Shown here: positions 47,555 to 61,829 of the stretch, one piece after another
Numbering within the stretch: the first letter of the stretch is position 1
How the letters are laid out: each line of letters starts with the position of its first letter
NCBI RefSeq assembly: GCF_009914755.1
Contig: NC_060927.1
DNA from: the human T2T-CHM13v2.0 reference genome, Homo sapiens
Length of the DNA: 64,000 bases
Strand: one strand, 5' to 3'
Translations under genes and position numbers: made by a program
The notes under the pieces: generated by a model
What the model was told of the DNA's origin: nothing
Database searches by the model: none
The model's input: only the letters and a program-made list of their open reading frames with translations

Positions 47555-48140
47555 TCATTTATCTGGCAAACTTACTGAGCATGTAATATGTGATAGATAG
47601 TAATTTAGCTGCTGGATATATAGCAGTGAACAACGGGCGAAAATTTGTGTTCTCTTAAAATCTATTATTTAGAGGGGTAAGACAATTATCAAAGAAAATA
47701 TTTAAAACTCTTAATATGTCATGTATTGGTAAGTGCTAAGGGGAAGAAATACACATGGAGGGTGGACGGTTACAAGGTCAGGAAAGACTTCATTAAGCAG
47801 GTGAAATGTGAGCAAAGTCGCAAAGGAACAGAGAAGACAAGCCATGCAGGATAGCCTAGTTGTTAAGAGTACAGACTTTGCAGGTAGAGAGGCCTGCAGG
47901 TGTCTGGTGTGTTTGAGGGAGGGTAAGGAGTTCTGTCTGACTGGGCTGTAGTCAGCTGAAGGACAGTGAGAGCAGAAGGAGACAGTGGGGTAATGGAGCC
48001 AAATTACATAGTTCCTTGTAGGCCTCTGTAACATCTCAGGCTTTTACTTTGAATGAGATGGAAAGCCACTGAAGACTTTTTATCCAGCCATACCTTATGA
48101 TCTGGCTTAATACGAGAAAATATCACTGTGGGTGCTATGG
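47555..48140 (-). mobile_element. L2
   Basis: Antisense L2 3' region (ttactgagcatgtaatatgtg...gcttttactttgaatgagatggaaagccactgaag). Confidence 0.7.
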
Positions 48141-48169
48141 AGAAGGTGCCCTAAGAGGCCACAGTGTGT

Positions 48170-49185
48170 TCATAGGAAATGCTAAGCCTTCTACCTGTGT
48201 GCCAGACCCTATCACCTCTCAACTAATGCAGGAACATTATTCCACCAACTTTTCCCTTTCTTCTGTATCATCAATTCTCCTCTTGCTAATTAATCATATT
48301 CTTCATATGCAAACATGCTACAATTATTCTTATTTTAAAATACCTTTCCGTATTCTACAAATCTCTCAAGATACTGCCTCCTTTCTCTGATCCTGAGAGC
48401 AAAACTCCATGCATCCATTGTACCCAAATGCTTTCATCTTGGTTTTTAAAGATTCCACCCCAATCTGCCTTCTCCTTTTCTACTTTCCAAAATTTGTTGT
48501 TGCCAAGGCCAACATTGATCTCCATATTCTTCAACTTTTAGTCCTTTTCACAGAATTTGACATAGGTAATCATTGACTTCTCCTTAAAACGTATTTGTCA
48601 CTTGGGTTCCAGGACACAATATTGTCAATTCTGTTTACCTTATTAGCTGCTGCTTCCTAGGTTGCTTCGTTGACCACCATCTTCCTGATTTCTCAATTAC
48701 AGCACAGAAGGGATGATTCTGGCATTTATTTCCTCTATTTTCTGCATTTTCTTTTTATCTCAGATGGTGTCATGCTTTAACTCCTATGCCTATACTGCCA
48801 ATTTTCAAGTTTTTAATCCCCAGCCTTTATTGTGCTGTAGAACTCTGGAATTGTACATTGAGCCACCTAGTTGATATTACTTCTTGAAATCTAATAAGTA
48901 ACTCAAGGTTATTATTTGCAAAATTGACTTTCTGATTTTCTCCCTAAACCTGGTTCTCCTGCAAGTTGGCCAGCTCAATAAATGACAATTTTATTCTTCG
49001 ATTATTTAAACCAAACTCTATGAAGTTATCCTTACCTGTTATTTCTATTTTCCCAGATTCAATCCATCAGGAAATCCTGCAAGTCTGCTTTTAAAGTGAA
49101 TACCAGTTGAAGTAATTTACACTGACACTACACTGGTATAATCCACCATCAGCTCTCAATGGAATATTGCCTTAGTTTCCTATTT
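48170..49185 (+). mobile_element. L2
   Basis: Pyrimidine-rich sense L2 (cacagaatttgacata...cacttgggttccaggacac...caatccatcaggaaatcctg). Confidence 0.7.
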
Positions 49186-49487
49186 GCATCTAGAGCTGAT
49201 GAAGCCAGACAGCAGGCTTATTGCTAGTTTTTTTTTTTTTTTCCTGAAAGAAATAAATTATTGTAATTTGGTGGGTCTTAAATAACTGACTTAGAAATTA
49301 TGTAATCTCATTAAAAATACCTACACTTTTTTTTAATGAAAATTAGAAACATCCTAAACTGTATTTAGTAAAGTCTTGACAAGTTCTTTCTGTGTGAGTT
49401 TTAATGGTGAACTCTTGCTCAAGAACAAAGAACACGTTCAGACACGTTAGCTAAGGGAAAGTCTAAGCTAAACTCAGAGAGAAGAGG

Positions 49488-50561
49488 TGTTGCGGGAAGT
49501 CAGGGACCCCGAACGAAGGGACCGGCTGAAGCCATGGCAGAAGAACGTGGATTGTGAAGATTTTATGGACATTTATTGGTTCCCCAAATTAATACTTTTG
49601 TAATTTCTTATGCCTGTCTTTACTGCAATCTCTAAACATAAGTTGTGAAGATTTCACGGACACTTATCACTTCCCCAATCAATACCCTTGTGATTTCCTA
49701 TGCCTGTCTTTACTTTAATCTCTTAATCCTGTCAGATGAGGAGGATGTATGTCGCCTCAGGACCAAGTGATAATTGCATTAACTGCACAAATTATAGAGC
49801 ATGTGTGTTTAAGCAATATGAAATCTGGGCACCTTGAAAAAAGAACAAGGCGACAGCAGTGTTTAGGAAACAACAGAGATAACCTTAAACTCTGACCGCT
49901 GGTGAGCCGGGCGGAACAGAGCCATATTTCTCTTCTTTCAAAAGCAAATGGGAGAAATATCACTGAATTCTTTTTCTCAGCATGGAACATCCCGGAGAAA
50001 GAGAATGCGCACCTGGGGGTGGGTCTCTGAACTGGCCCTGCTGGGCGTGGTCATCTCTTATGGTCGACATTGCAGAGATGAAATGGACTCCAGTCTCCCA
50101 TAGCGCTCCCAGGCTTATTAGGAAGAGGAAATTCCCACCTAATAATTTTGGTCTTACCGGTTGATCTCAAAACCTGTCTTCTGATAAGATGTTATCAATG
50201 ACAATGGTGCCCGAAACTTCATTAGCAATTTTAATTTCGCCCCTGTCCTGTGGTCCTGTGATCTCACCCTGCCTCCATTTGCCTTGTGATATTCTATTAC
50301 CTTGTAAAGTACTTGATGTCTGTCACCCACACCTATTCGCACACTCCCTCCCCTTTTGAAAATCTCTAATAAAAACTTGCTGGTTTTTGTGGCTTGTTTT
50401 AAAGCTGGGCATCATGGAACCTACTGACATGTGATGTCTCCCCCAGACGCCCAGCTTTAAAATTTCTCTCTTTCATACTCTGTCCCTTTATTTCTCAAGC
50501 CGGCCGGCACTTAGGGAAAATAGAAAAGAACCTACGGAATATCAGGGCAGATTCCCCGATA
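49488..50561 (+). mobile_element. MER11 (MER11C-like) solo LTR of HERV-K11/HML-8
   Basis: tgttgcgggaagtcagggacccc ... attccccgata termini, 1074 bp, internal direct repeat, perfect 6-bp TSD aagagg (49482-49487, 50562-50567). Confidence 0.93.
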
Positions 50562-52589
50562 AAGAGGGCTATTGCTTTATTTGAATTTGCGATTCTTTGA
50601 GAGTCTTAATGTCACGAAAGCAAGTGTAAAAAGAAACCATACAAATATCTCATTAGCCATCTAGTTTTTAATATACTGTCTAACCAAGGGTTGCATTTCT
50701 TGAGTCAAAGGTAGCATTTTATGATTCATAATTTCTACCATCGTGAAAATTTTAAATTTGGTCATAAGATTTGATTTGTTCTCCTTCATAATTGCAATTT
50801 CAGGGCCTGTAGTTTGTCTGGGTTGATAATTATCCAGATGAATGATTTATCCATTTAGATAAACATCAACTGGTTCTAATAATTTGTGATTACTGTTTAT
50901 GTCAGGTTGCTTAATCATAAATGCTTTCTTGAGATCTCCTCTTTGTCAAAACTGTTCTTTGGATTCCCACAAAACACTTTTGGAGTTAGAATTTTCCCCA
51001 TCATTTCTAAAGATAAATGGAAGAACTCAGAAATTAATTTGACCTCTTTGCTGCCTTGCCATCCTACTTAATTACTACAGAGTTAACTATAAAAGCTATT
51101 ATCTCATCAGTAACTATCTAATTTATAATATCCTATATTAAGTATAAAACGTTATGAACTGGTTGGGTTATCTGGCTTTATGTTACACAATTACCCATTC
51201 AAATTTTTATTTCAACCCGGTTTATGTGCTTTGCAACATTTAGGATATATTCGTATCTTTAGGTATTTCTTGTTTTAGTAGAGACTGATGTTCTTTAAAT
51301 ACAAGCTTTTACTTTGATTTCTGTGAGCATTGTGAGCAATTTGCTCATTTTCTAATTGGACTTTTTCAGGTCATAGAAAAATTAAGGAATGATATTGTCA
51401 TTTAAATTCACTAAGAGAAGTGGAAAACACCAGTAGTGATTTACAAGTTAAGGAAAGTAAACAAATGCTTTAAAAATATATATTTTTTAATGATTATAAT
51501 CTTATTATTATTAATTAAAAGCTGATTTTTAAGAATGGAAACAAATGTAGATTTGTAGATTCTTAATGTCAAGCTAACACCTCTTTCTGGTAGTTTAATT
51601 TACTTTGGTTCACTTTCTTCTTCATGTAACAGTAAAAACTGTTTTGTGGAACACACTTCAATACCAAAAAAAGCTTGTTAATAGTTGTTCTACAGTATAT
51701 ATTCTCAAATCCATGTTATACCACATCTTTTCATACTTTGTATGTCAGTGGTTTAGGACATAAAAAAATGATGTTTCTCAAAACACTTGTCATTTTTTCA
51801 CACATACTGTGTTCTAGCATTCTAGAAGTGTTTTGGTAGATTTAAAGATTGGTTTGCTCTGTCACACTACAATCTAACAAAGTTTTCCTTGGCTTTTAAA
51901 TCTAATCTCCGAGGCTGGATGGTAGACTTTCTTTCCCCCGCAAAAAAAAAATCTTTGTTGGTTTTTTTTTCCTTGAGGCATATCAAATTCTTATTTCCTT
52001 TAGGATATAAAGAAATAAAGATTCAAAACATTGTGTCGAAACTTTTTCATATTTTACCCGCTATTTTGTGGAGAAATGTTTCAAAAAGTAGCCAATGCTA
52101 TATATTTCTTAGTTGTATTTTATTTTTACTTCATATTATGTTGAATATAAAATAAAACTTGAGAGATGCATTTACCAGTTTATTCAATAAGGCCTTTTCT
52201 TTATATATACTCCTAGATAAATTTTAGCAGAAAAGTCAGAAACTTATACTAAATTAAAGCTTAGTTTTTTTGTTTTTTTGTTTTTAAGACCTACAAACTC
52301 CTCTTGTATCAGCACACTTCATATTATGGCTTAAGCTGTTATCAGAAATAGTATTTCTTAATATCATATATTATTCTTTAAAGTGCAACAATTTAATACA
52401 ACCATATTTATTAAGACCCTCACAGATCAAGAGCTGAGGGTGTTTATTAATGAAACATAAGAGATGACAGACATAGGGCCAATGGCCTCAAGCGATGTTC
52501 ACGAAACCCCAGTGCAGGAATGTAGGCAGGCCTCAGAGGCAGTAAAGTTGTACTAAGAAGTACAAAGTTGACAGTTGTTTCTCTGCCTA

Positions 52590-52698
52590 TTCAGACCTCT
52601 GTTTCCTCATTTGTCAAATGAAATCAATAATAGAAAGTACCTCCCAGGACAAATGATGTGATGGATATAAAGCATTCTTACACTTTGGCACATAATAA
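52590..52698 (+). mobile_element. MIR fragment
   Basis: cctctgtttcctcatttgtcaaatg...aataatagaaagtacctcccagga. Confidence 0.65.
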
Positions 52699-52971
52699 TT
52701 TTTCAGTGTTCCACAAGAAACCTTTATTTTGTTTTATTTTATTTTGTCCCTATTCTTTCCCCAGTCACTTGAAATGTTGGAATGAAGGTGAGTAGTCTGA
52801 TCTGCTTACTGCTCTTGTATCGTGGCTGAAATTTGTAGGGGAGGCTGCTCTCCATAATTAAGTCTAGTATCATTATTTTATATGTGTGCCTTTAATATTT
52901 TTAAAACATTTAATTTATTTAAACACTTAATTAAGCCTAACTGATTTGTAAACTTCTCAGAATGAGCATTC

Positions 52972-53277
52972 TTTTTTTTTTTTTTTTTTTTTTTTTTTTG
53001 AGACGGAGTCTCGCTCTGTCACCCAGGCTGGAGTGCAGGGGCGCGATCTGGGCTCACTGCAAGCTCCCCTCCTGGGTTCCTGCCATTCTCCTGCCTCAGC
53101 CTCCGGAGTAGCTGGGACTACAGGCGCCGCCCCCACGCCCGGCTAATTTTTTGTATTTTTAGTAGAGACGGGGTTTCACCGTGTTAGCCAGGATGGTCTC
53201 GATCTCCTGACCTCGTGATCCACCCGCCTCAGCCTCCCAAAGTGCTGGGATTACAGGTGTGAGCTACCGCGCCCGGC
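52972..53277 (-). mobile_element. AluY
   Basis: gcaagctcc and gtgttagccaggatggtctcgatctcctgacctcgtgatc; long pure T tail; TSD gagcattctt / gagtgttctt. Confidence 0.95.
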
Positions 53278-53592
53278 AGAGTGTTCTTCTTAAAATGTTA
53301 AATTAATAAGAAAATTAAGCACAATATAAGGAAGACAGTTACATAAAAACTGAACGATAAGTTAAATTGGAGTGTAGTCAAAGGCACTTGGGACGCTAGA
53401 GCTGTTATAAGTGAGCTTTGAATTTATGTCAAGAGTCCTGGTAGATAGAAAATTAAGAGTCTTTGTATCTTACCATCTTAAAATAAGTTATACAGGTTCA
53501 ACTAGAGAGATAAGCAGTGTCCTGACAAATGTGAACAAGGGTTCCCTTTTAAAAACCTTTCTAGTAAAGGCACTGCCTTGAGCTTGCCCTCC

Positions 53593-54055
53593 AATATGGT
53601 GTCTCTGTGGGGCCCGTGTGGAAATGTGAAGCTGAGGCTCCAGGTCCATGAAGGTCATTTCTCACTCTTCAGTTTCATCAGATAATATGGCGTCTCTGTG
53701 GCACCTGTGTGGAAATGTGAAGCTGAGGCTCCAGGTCCATGAAGGTCATTTCTCACTCTTCAGTTTCATCAGATAATATGGCGTCTCTGTGGCACCTGTG
53801 TGGAAATGTGAAGCTGAGGCTCCAGGTCCATGAAGGTCATTTCTCACTCTTCAGTTTCATCAGATAATATGGCATCTCTGTGGCGCCTGTGTGGAAATGT
53901 GAAGCTGAGGCTCCAGGTCCATGAAGGTCATTTCTCACCCTTCAGTTTCATCAGATAATATGGCATCTCTGTGGCGCCTGTGTGGAAATGTGAAGCTGAG
54001 GCTCAGAGTCCATGAAGGTCATTTTCACACTTCAGTTTCAGCAGATAATATGGCA
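53593..54055. repeat. Minisatellite/VNTR, 91-bp unit, 5 copies plus a 9-bp partial
   Basis: Units start at 53593, 53684, 53775, 53866 and 53957 (the last is 90 bp), with a partial at 54047; units 2 and 3 are identical. Confidence 0.97.
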
Positions 54056-55544
54056 GGGGTTAGGAGAAGCTACACCCAGTCTCAACATTTCAACTCTGCT
54101 TCAATGAGAAAGGAAATAAGCCAAGGAAAACGCCTTACTTCATTAAGGCAGGGCAAGAGAGAAGAAGAGCACCATGGTTTGCTCATGATGTAAAAATATT
54201 CAGCCAGACGACCAACAAGTGAATGTGGCCCGATTAATTGGTAATGTGTAATCAGATTAGAATTTCTTCCCTTCTTAGAGGAGTAAGAAATGGGTAAAGA
54301 GATGGACAGAGGTGCCAAAACATATCTTCTTTCTTAATATCTCATCAGGAAAAGTAGTTGATTATGAGTAAAAAGAAAGGAATTAAATGAAGTTAAACTA
54401 ATATTAAGTGAGATGGATCCATATGTTAGGTTAAATACTTGCCATTAATCTGGAGGAATTAATATAAAGTAAAATATAAGACTGTTCATAGTAAAATAGT
54501 CAATAAAATGAATATAAAGGCAGATAGCCCACATATGCTAGTTTTTTAATGAAAAAAGAAAGTTCTGTTTCAGATATGGCCCTTCAAAGTATATGTAAAG
54601 AAGACACAACATAAATTGATCAAAAAATGGTAAAGTAACGTGTCAGATTACTTTTAAAAAATGTTCCTTTAAGCAACAGTTAATGAAATGATGGCAGTTG
54701 TATATAAAGAAAGAAATATGTGACAATAGGGTTTTTCATATTCACTAGAAACATACTTGGGGCATGAGACCTAATCCATTAGGAATGAATACGAACAGAA
54801 ATGGAAGACATTCAGACACAAGTGATAATTTGTGAGATACGAGCTTGATCGTATTTATCCTGCTGAGTTCTTTGTTGAAACGACATTGCTTCCCTGCATG
54901 ATCTTCCCGCAGCCTGTTTGAATTGTCCTCTGCTTGTGTGGAGCCCTGTCACCCATGCTTTCTGTGCCAGGGCCACCTTGTGATGGCTCATCCAGTATCT
55001 ACTATCCACTATACAGTAACTTCCAAGGCTGAGAGTGGCCAGGGGAGGATGAAAGATTGTGTCCTTATTACCAGGAAAGCAAGGTACACTGGTAATAGCT
55101 ACAGCCTGAATGTGACAGAATGCAGAGTAGAGAATCTCTGACATCTTTCCACATCTAGGAGTTTCTGTACACTCTTCCTCTGTCTTTGCCTCCTGTCTGG
55201 AGTTAAATGAGGGATATTTTTAAAAATGTTCTCCTGAAGACTTTTCCTATTTTTTTTTTTTTTTTGCTAGGGTTCCTGTTTTCCATATAACAAGTGTCAA
55301 AAAGCATAGATGTGCTATTTGCAAAACTAATTTAAAATTTCTTAGATTGAATTAAATGTAACATTTTACACAATGTAATGCCTTTTTAAACCAGGTATCA
55401 CTCCATTCAAATCAGTGATTCGCTGTAGTATCCCAATAGCGTAGACAAACAAATGAGCATCTAAAATCTGATGACATCTCTTCCTTAATGGCTCCCATGA
55501 GTCAATAGAAAGAGCAAAACAGAAGGAAAAGCAACATCTATAAA

Positions 55545-55750
55545 GGCCACGTTAGTGCCAGGAAATTTGTATCCAACATTATATTCAAGCCTGTCAATAA
55601 CACTATGAGGCAATTGTCTTGTACTTACTTACAGAGCAGATAATAAAACAGGATCAGGAAGATACAGTAACTTGTCCTAGCTCTAAGCAACTAATTGATG
55701 AAAAAGTTTGGATTCAAATTCAGAGCTGTCCAATTCCATATTCTGTACTA
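55545..55750 (-). mobile_element. MIR
   Basis: aataacactatgagg...cagtaacttgtcctag...tggattcaaattcag. Confidence 0.6.
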
Positions 55751-57061
55751 ATTCCAAATTCTTTATTACTTAAGACATTATTTTAGCAAATAGCTCAATG
55801 AAAACTTTTCACAGAGCAAAATGGTTATTGCATTAATGCTCACATGTACATTTGACCAATAATATGTTGTCCTTTTATGTGACTGTAATTGTACTCACAT
55901 TGAAATGTTTTTCCAATGTTGGTTATAGGTGGGGTTTGAATGTCGTTTACTCTCCTGCACCTCCCTTTGAGATCAATTGCATCCATTTGCTGGATGGTTC
56001 ACTTAGGTTATGTAAATCTATAACCATGTATCAGAGTTTTTTTGGTCTGAATTGCTATCTCTAAATAAGTAACCCAGAAGAAAATTGCAATGGCCTTTCA
56101 CCAGCACAACTGTTTTAGTCTTAAGACATCAGCAAATATATCCTCTGTTTCAGTGACCGATGAAAGGCCATATTAACTCACAGTTGGCTATGGCTGGCAT
56201 TTTAGCATAATATAAAAAATGGAAATCATAAAGAATCCTATGGACATTTTATACTATAGACATTATTTTTATAGAGGGTGGAGGTGCTTCATTTATGCAT
56301 TCTAAGGAACAAAATTTAGCTAGTAATTAACAGTATTTAACCTGCGTAAAGTCTTTTATGCAAGCTATAAAATTAATTTTATTATAGAAATTGCATTACA
56401 CTTAACAGCTGATGACCTATCTTACCACAGTAATGTATTTTTCATTAAAATGAAACATTGTGTTTCAGAAGCAGGAGCCAGGAATCAGGGCTTGAATTGG
56501 AAACTGCCACATGTGTTATATAGAAGTGCTGTCTTCCAAAAGAGCATATAACCTGACATTTCTCTGTTTATTACCCCATCAAGATGAGCAGATTTAAACT
56601 CTAATTAAAGAGATGCCATACATTGTCTTTTTACAACTTGGGTGACTTTAACTGTTGTACTGTCGAACTAGCCCTGGTAAATTATAACTGTTGTTTTGGT
56701 CTTTTATGTAAGCTCAGACGTCTAGGTTGGATTTATCCTGAAGTTGGAGTATTGGCCAGTATTTTTCTGTTTAATTCGGGCTCTACTTCTCTACTGTAAC
56801 GTTTTACTCCCTGGTAGTGCAAAGTGAATTTTGTTTGTTTTTATTTTAGTTGTTGTTGATTATCCCCAAAAACATAATTTTCACTCGTACACAATAAATG
56901 CAGTATGAATGGCAACTTCAATAATTAATTGAGTCCATGAATGGAGTGATTATATTTTAAACATTTCCCATAATGTGTAGAAAAGCAAAACAGTGTGCAA
57001 CTAGGGATTGGGGAATTTGGAAATCTTACATAAATTTCATAATGTTTTAAAATCTTAATGA

Positions 57062-57372
<311 letters not shown>

Positions 57373-58033
57373 AAAATCATAATGAATTTTCAATATAAAG
57401 ATTCTTCTTGACTTGAGCAACATTTTTCCTACTATTATTTAAAAAAAGAAGTAATATACAAATGGCTAAGGAGGAAACACATGTGGGTATGAAAAATTAA
57501 AATTTTAAGAAACTTTAGATGTAAAGACAAAAATGGATAAACATTAAAATACATTAGATTTTGAGTTGCAATGGAAAAGTAGGAAAAAAGTGGAAAGAAT
57601 CAGCAAAGTGAGTTGGAAGATCAAAGAATTGATTTAAGGAGACTGTTCAAATTCTAAGACAAACACTAGTTGCCAACTTCCATTGATAACCATTCCCCCT
57701 TTTGCCACCAAAATAAAACAGAAGAGCATAATTTCCTCATTTCTTAGAATGAACCTGCAGTGCAAATTTACTGCTAACAACCCTGCTTTCCACTCCCTCT
57801 CTTCTTTCCAGAGAACTGCTTAATTTTTCAAAATTTCACAATACTGGAATATATTCTTCCCTTAGTGGCAATTAGAAAAGAGTGGAAAATCAATGCAACA
57901 TTCATATGATAGAGTTTGGTAGCTAGAGGATCATAACAACCTGTGTTTTCATTATTGGTTGTGAGGTAGGTCATATTTTTTGTTAATGTTTCTGAGTTGA
58001 TATTCTTAAGTTGTTCTATGACTTAACCTATAA

Positions 58034-58445
<412 letters not shown>

Positions 58446-58574
58446 TCAGTAATAAGCTTTTAAAGAACAATATCAAATTGTTCAATATCTTAACTAATGT
58501 AACACAATATTTTAAAAATTAGAAAAAAAAGCTTGCCATATGTAATTGGAGTAGATAATATATAATAAAATAAC

Positions 58575-58783
58575 TTCAATTTTTAGTTTTTTGAGGGACC
58601 TCCATGGTTTTACTAATTTACATTTCTACTAACAGTGTACAAGTGTCCCCCTTTCTCCACATTCTCATCAACATTCATTGTTGCCTGTGTTTTATTTTTT
58701 GATAAAACCATTTTAATTGGGGTGAGATAATAGCTCATTGTAGTCTTGATTTGCATTTCTCTGATGATTAGTGATGTTGAGCA
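58575..58783 (-). mobile_element. L1MA ORF2-end fragment (inverted part)
   Basis: ttgatttgcatttctctgatgattagtgatgttgagca is antisense L1. Confidence 0.8.
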
Positions 58784-59537
<754 letters not shown>

Positions 59538-61039
59538 TAAAATTTAGGTTTTTGAATGAAGTAAAGTCTGACTAAGTAGGCAGAAATTACAAACAAGGGA
59601 CTAACAACAACAACAACAAAGAAAAAAAGAAAGAAAGAAGAAAGAAATTTCTACAAAATCCTAAAAGATTGGCCTTACTAAAAATCTTGTAATCTGGAAA
59701 ATGAGAGAAGAAAAATGGAACCAATGATATGCCTGATTGTCGCCCTCAAATATTTTATAGCAGGAATACATAAGAATGAGATAACATAATTGGCCTTCAC
59801 ATAGATACAATATTTAAATGCTTTTCCCTTTTGTGTAGAAACATGACACACTGATTTCTCATGTTGAAGGCGAAATTAAATCTAGCCAAATAGTGACCTA
59901 GCTCTCAGCCTACAGTGATTTAGTGAGGACCAGTAATTCTAATCAGAGCTTATAAGCCTCGGCCAGGATGCTGACGAAAACACCCCTGCCTGACTATCTG
60001 ACCCAGGCTCAGTGCGTACTGACCACCAGAAAAATCGGTTCTATTTTTGGCTTCAGCGCTTACTATTCCTGGTTGCCTCAAATATCCCAACATAGTGAGA
60101 CCATGAAGACATTTATAATTCAGTCCTAAAGTGAAATGCATCCATGTTTTTTTCTACTGTTCCCAAAGATCAACTTGTGCGGGACTTCGGGTGGAAGAAC
60201 TGGAGCCTGGATTATGTTGTAAAAAACCGTATTTTAGCCTGATGGTCGGAGCACAACACATTCTTTTTCGTTTCTGCAAAAGATACTAATTTCTGCCATT
60301 GTGAAGTTTCAGACCCACTCTATTTGTTTAATCAAATAACCACTAAATTGCTCTGAGGAGTTGCTTACAAAGAATTTTTTGATCATGTATGTCTGCTCAC
60401 TGTCTACTCAGTTGTCACATTTATAAATGAAAGCATTTTAAAATTAGATGTCAGTCTTTATTTTCATCATTTTCACTTATTTCAGGGGCAAATTATCTGT
60501 TAGAATTTCTTTTTCAACCATCTACAACGGATCTTAATATGCCAAGGATATGTAGTAAGATATATGAGTCTTTATGCAAACAAAGAAGAGAAAATAGATC
60601 ATCTTTTTCTTTGCGGTACTGCAATTACCATATTTAAAGCATTCTTAAAACTATTTTTAATCCTTGATTTTGCCAGTATGACACACAATCTTACAATTGT
60701 TTGTCCTATTAATATTCCTTTATAAAAATATTCTCTAATGTTAAAGAGACTGGCTTGTTAACAGAAAAAAATTCAACCAAGTGAAATTTATAGCTCCTCT
60801 TTTAAAAAGACAGCTCTTTAAGGGCTTTGTGGCAAGAAATCAGGGGCATTAGCAATCACTTTCAAGTTACTTTGAGGGAAAATTCATGAGAATCATTGAA
60901 AATTAGTGTTTTATAGTTTTTTTTAACAAAATTTTATGTATATATACATATATATATATTCTATTCCATGTACAAACTACATTTTTAAGCAGGCATTACT
61001 TAGATGCCTACTAAATGGAAATTAACAATCTATGGTTCT

Positions 61040-61262
61040 AAAACATAGATTTATGTAGACTTGATGTAGATACTTGAATTTTGTCCCAGCTCTACTTCCT
61101 AATAGATACATGAATAGTCATGTAACTGAAACTGTCTGAACTGATTTTCTCTGTAAATGGTGAAAATCATGCCTCAACAAAAGAATAGTGAAAAGAGTAA
61201 TATTTGATAATATGAGTTTAGCTCAGCCTCACATAGTTAAGCAATCAATAAACAATAATAAA
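61040..61262 (+). mobile_element. MIR fragment
   Basis: cccagctctacttcctaatag...ttttctctgtaaatggtgaaaatcatgcc. Confidence 0.5.
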
Positions 61263-61614
61263 AATAATAAATAACTTGTTTTAATCCTTCCCTATTTTTC
61301 AACACCTGGCATAGAATTGGATGAGAATGAAAAATTCACCTGTGTCACAGAAGCAGAAATGAATTCAACACTTTAGATATGTTTCACTTCACTCAGCTCC
61401 TACAGAGAAATTTTCCATCAGAAAGCAACCCATGTCTTAGGCTGCTGGATAAGGAGCTTAAGATCCCCTTTTCATAGATGTTCTCATTTCTCTTGAGCTG
61501 GATACCACACCTGTCCTTTAAAGGCCTGTAGGTGGTATGCTAAACTATCATGGTTTTAAGTTTGTACAATTTCCCTTTGCCCTTTATATGGAATACAAAA
61601 TGGCACATGTAAAT

Positions 61615-61642
61615 ACATACACACACACACACACACACACAC
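61615..61642. repeat. (CA)n microsatellite
   Basis: Read directly from the sequence. Confidence 0.9.
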
Positions 61643-61829
61643 CAGAAAAACTGAAAGAAAAGATAAAGGAAAACCCCAAGAGCAAATACTCAAATGCAGA
61701 AGTGTAGACATGCATATAAAATATAACTTTATTTTGCTAATGAAATTAGAATCAAGCCACAGATTTTTGTGACTGGCAAAGATAATTGAGCCCCCAACCG
61801 TTAATCTCCTTTCTTCACTCCAAGCTACT

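Noticed and set aside
53593-54055. CRISPR array or coding repeat
   Set aside because: The units are contiguous with no unique spacers, the context is eukaryotic, and 91 bp is not a multiple of 3 (the ORF at 53921 is incidental).
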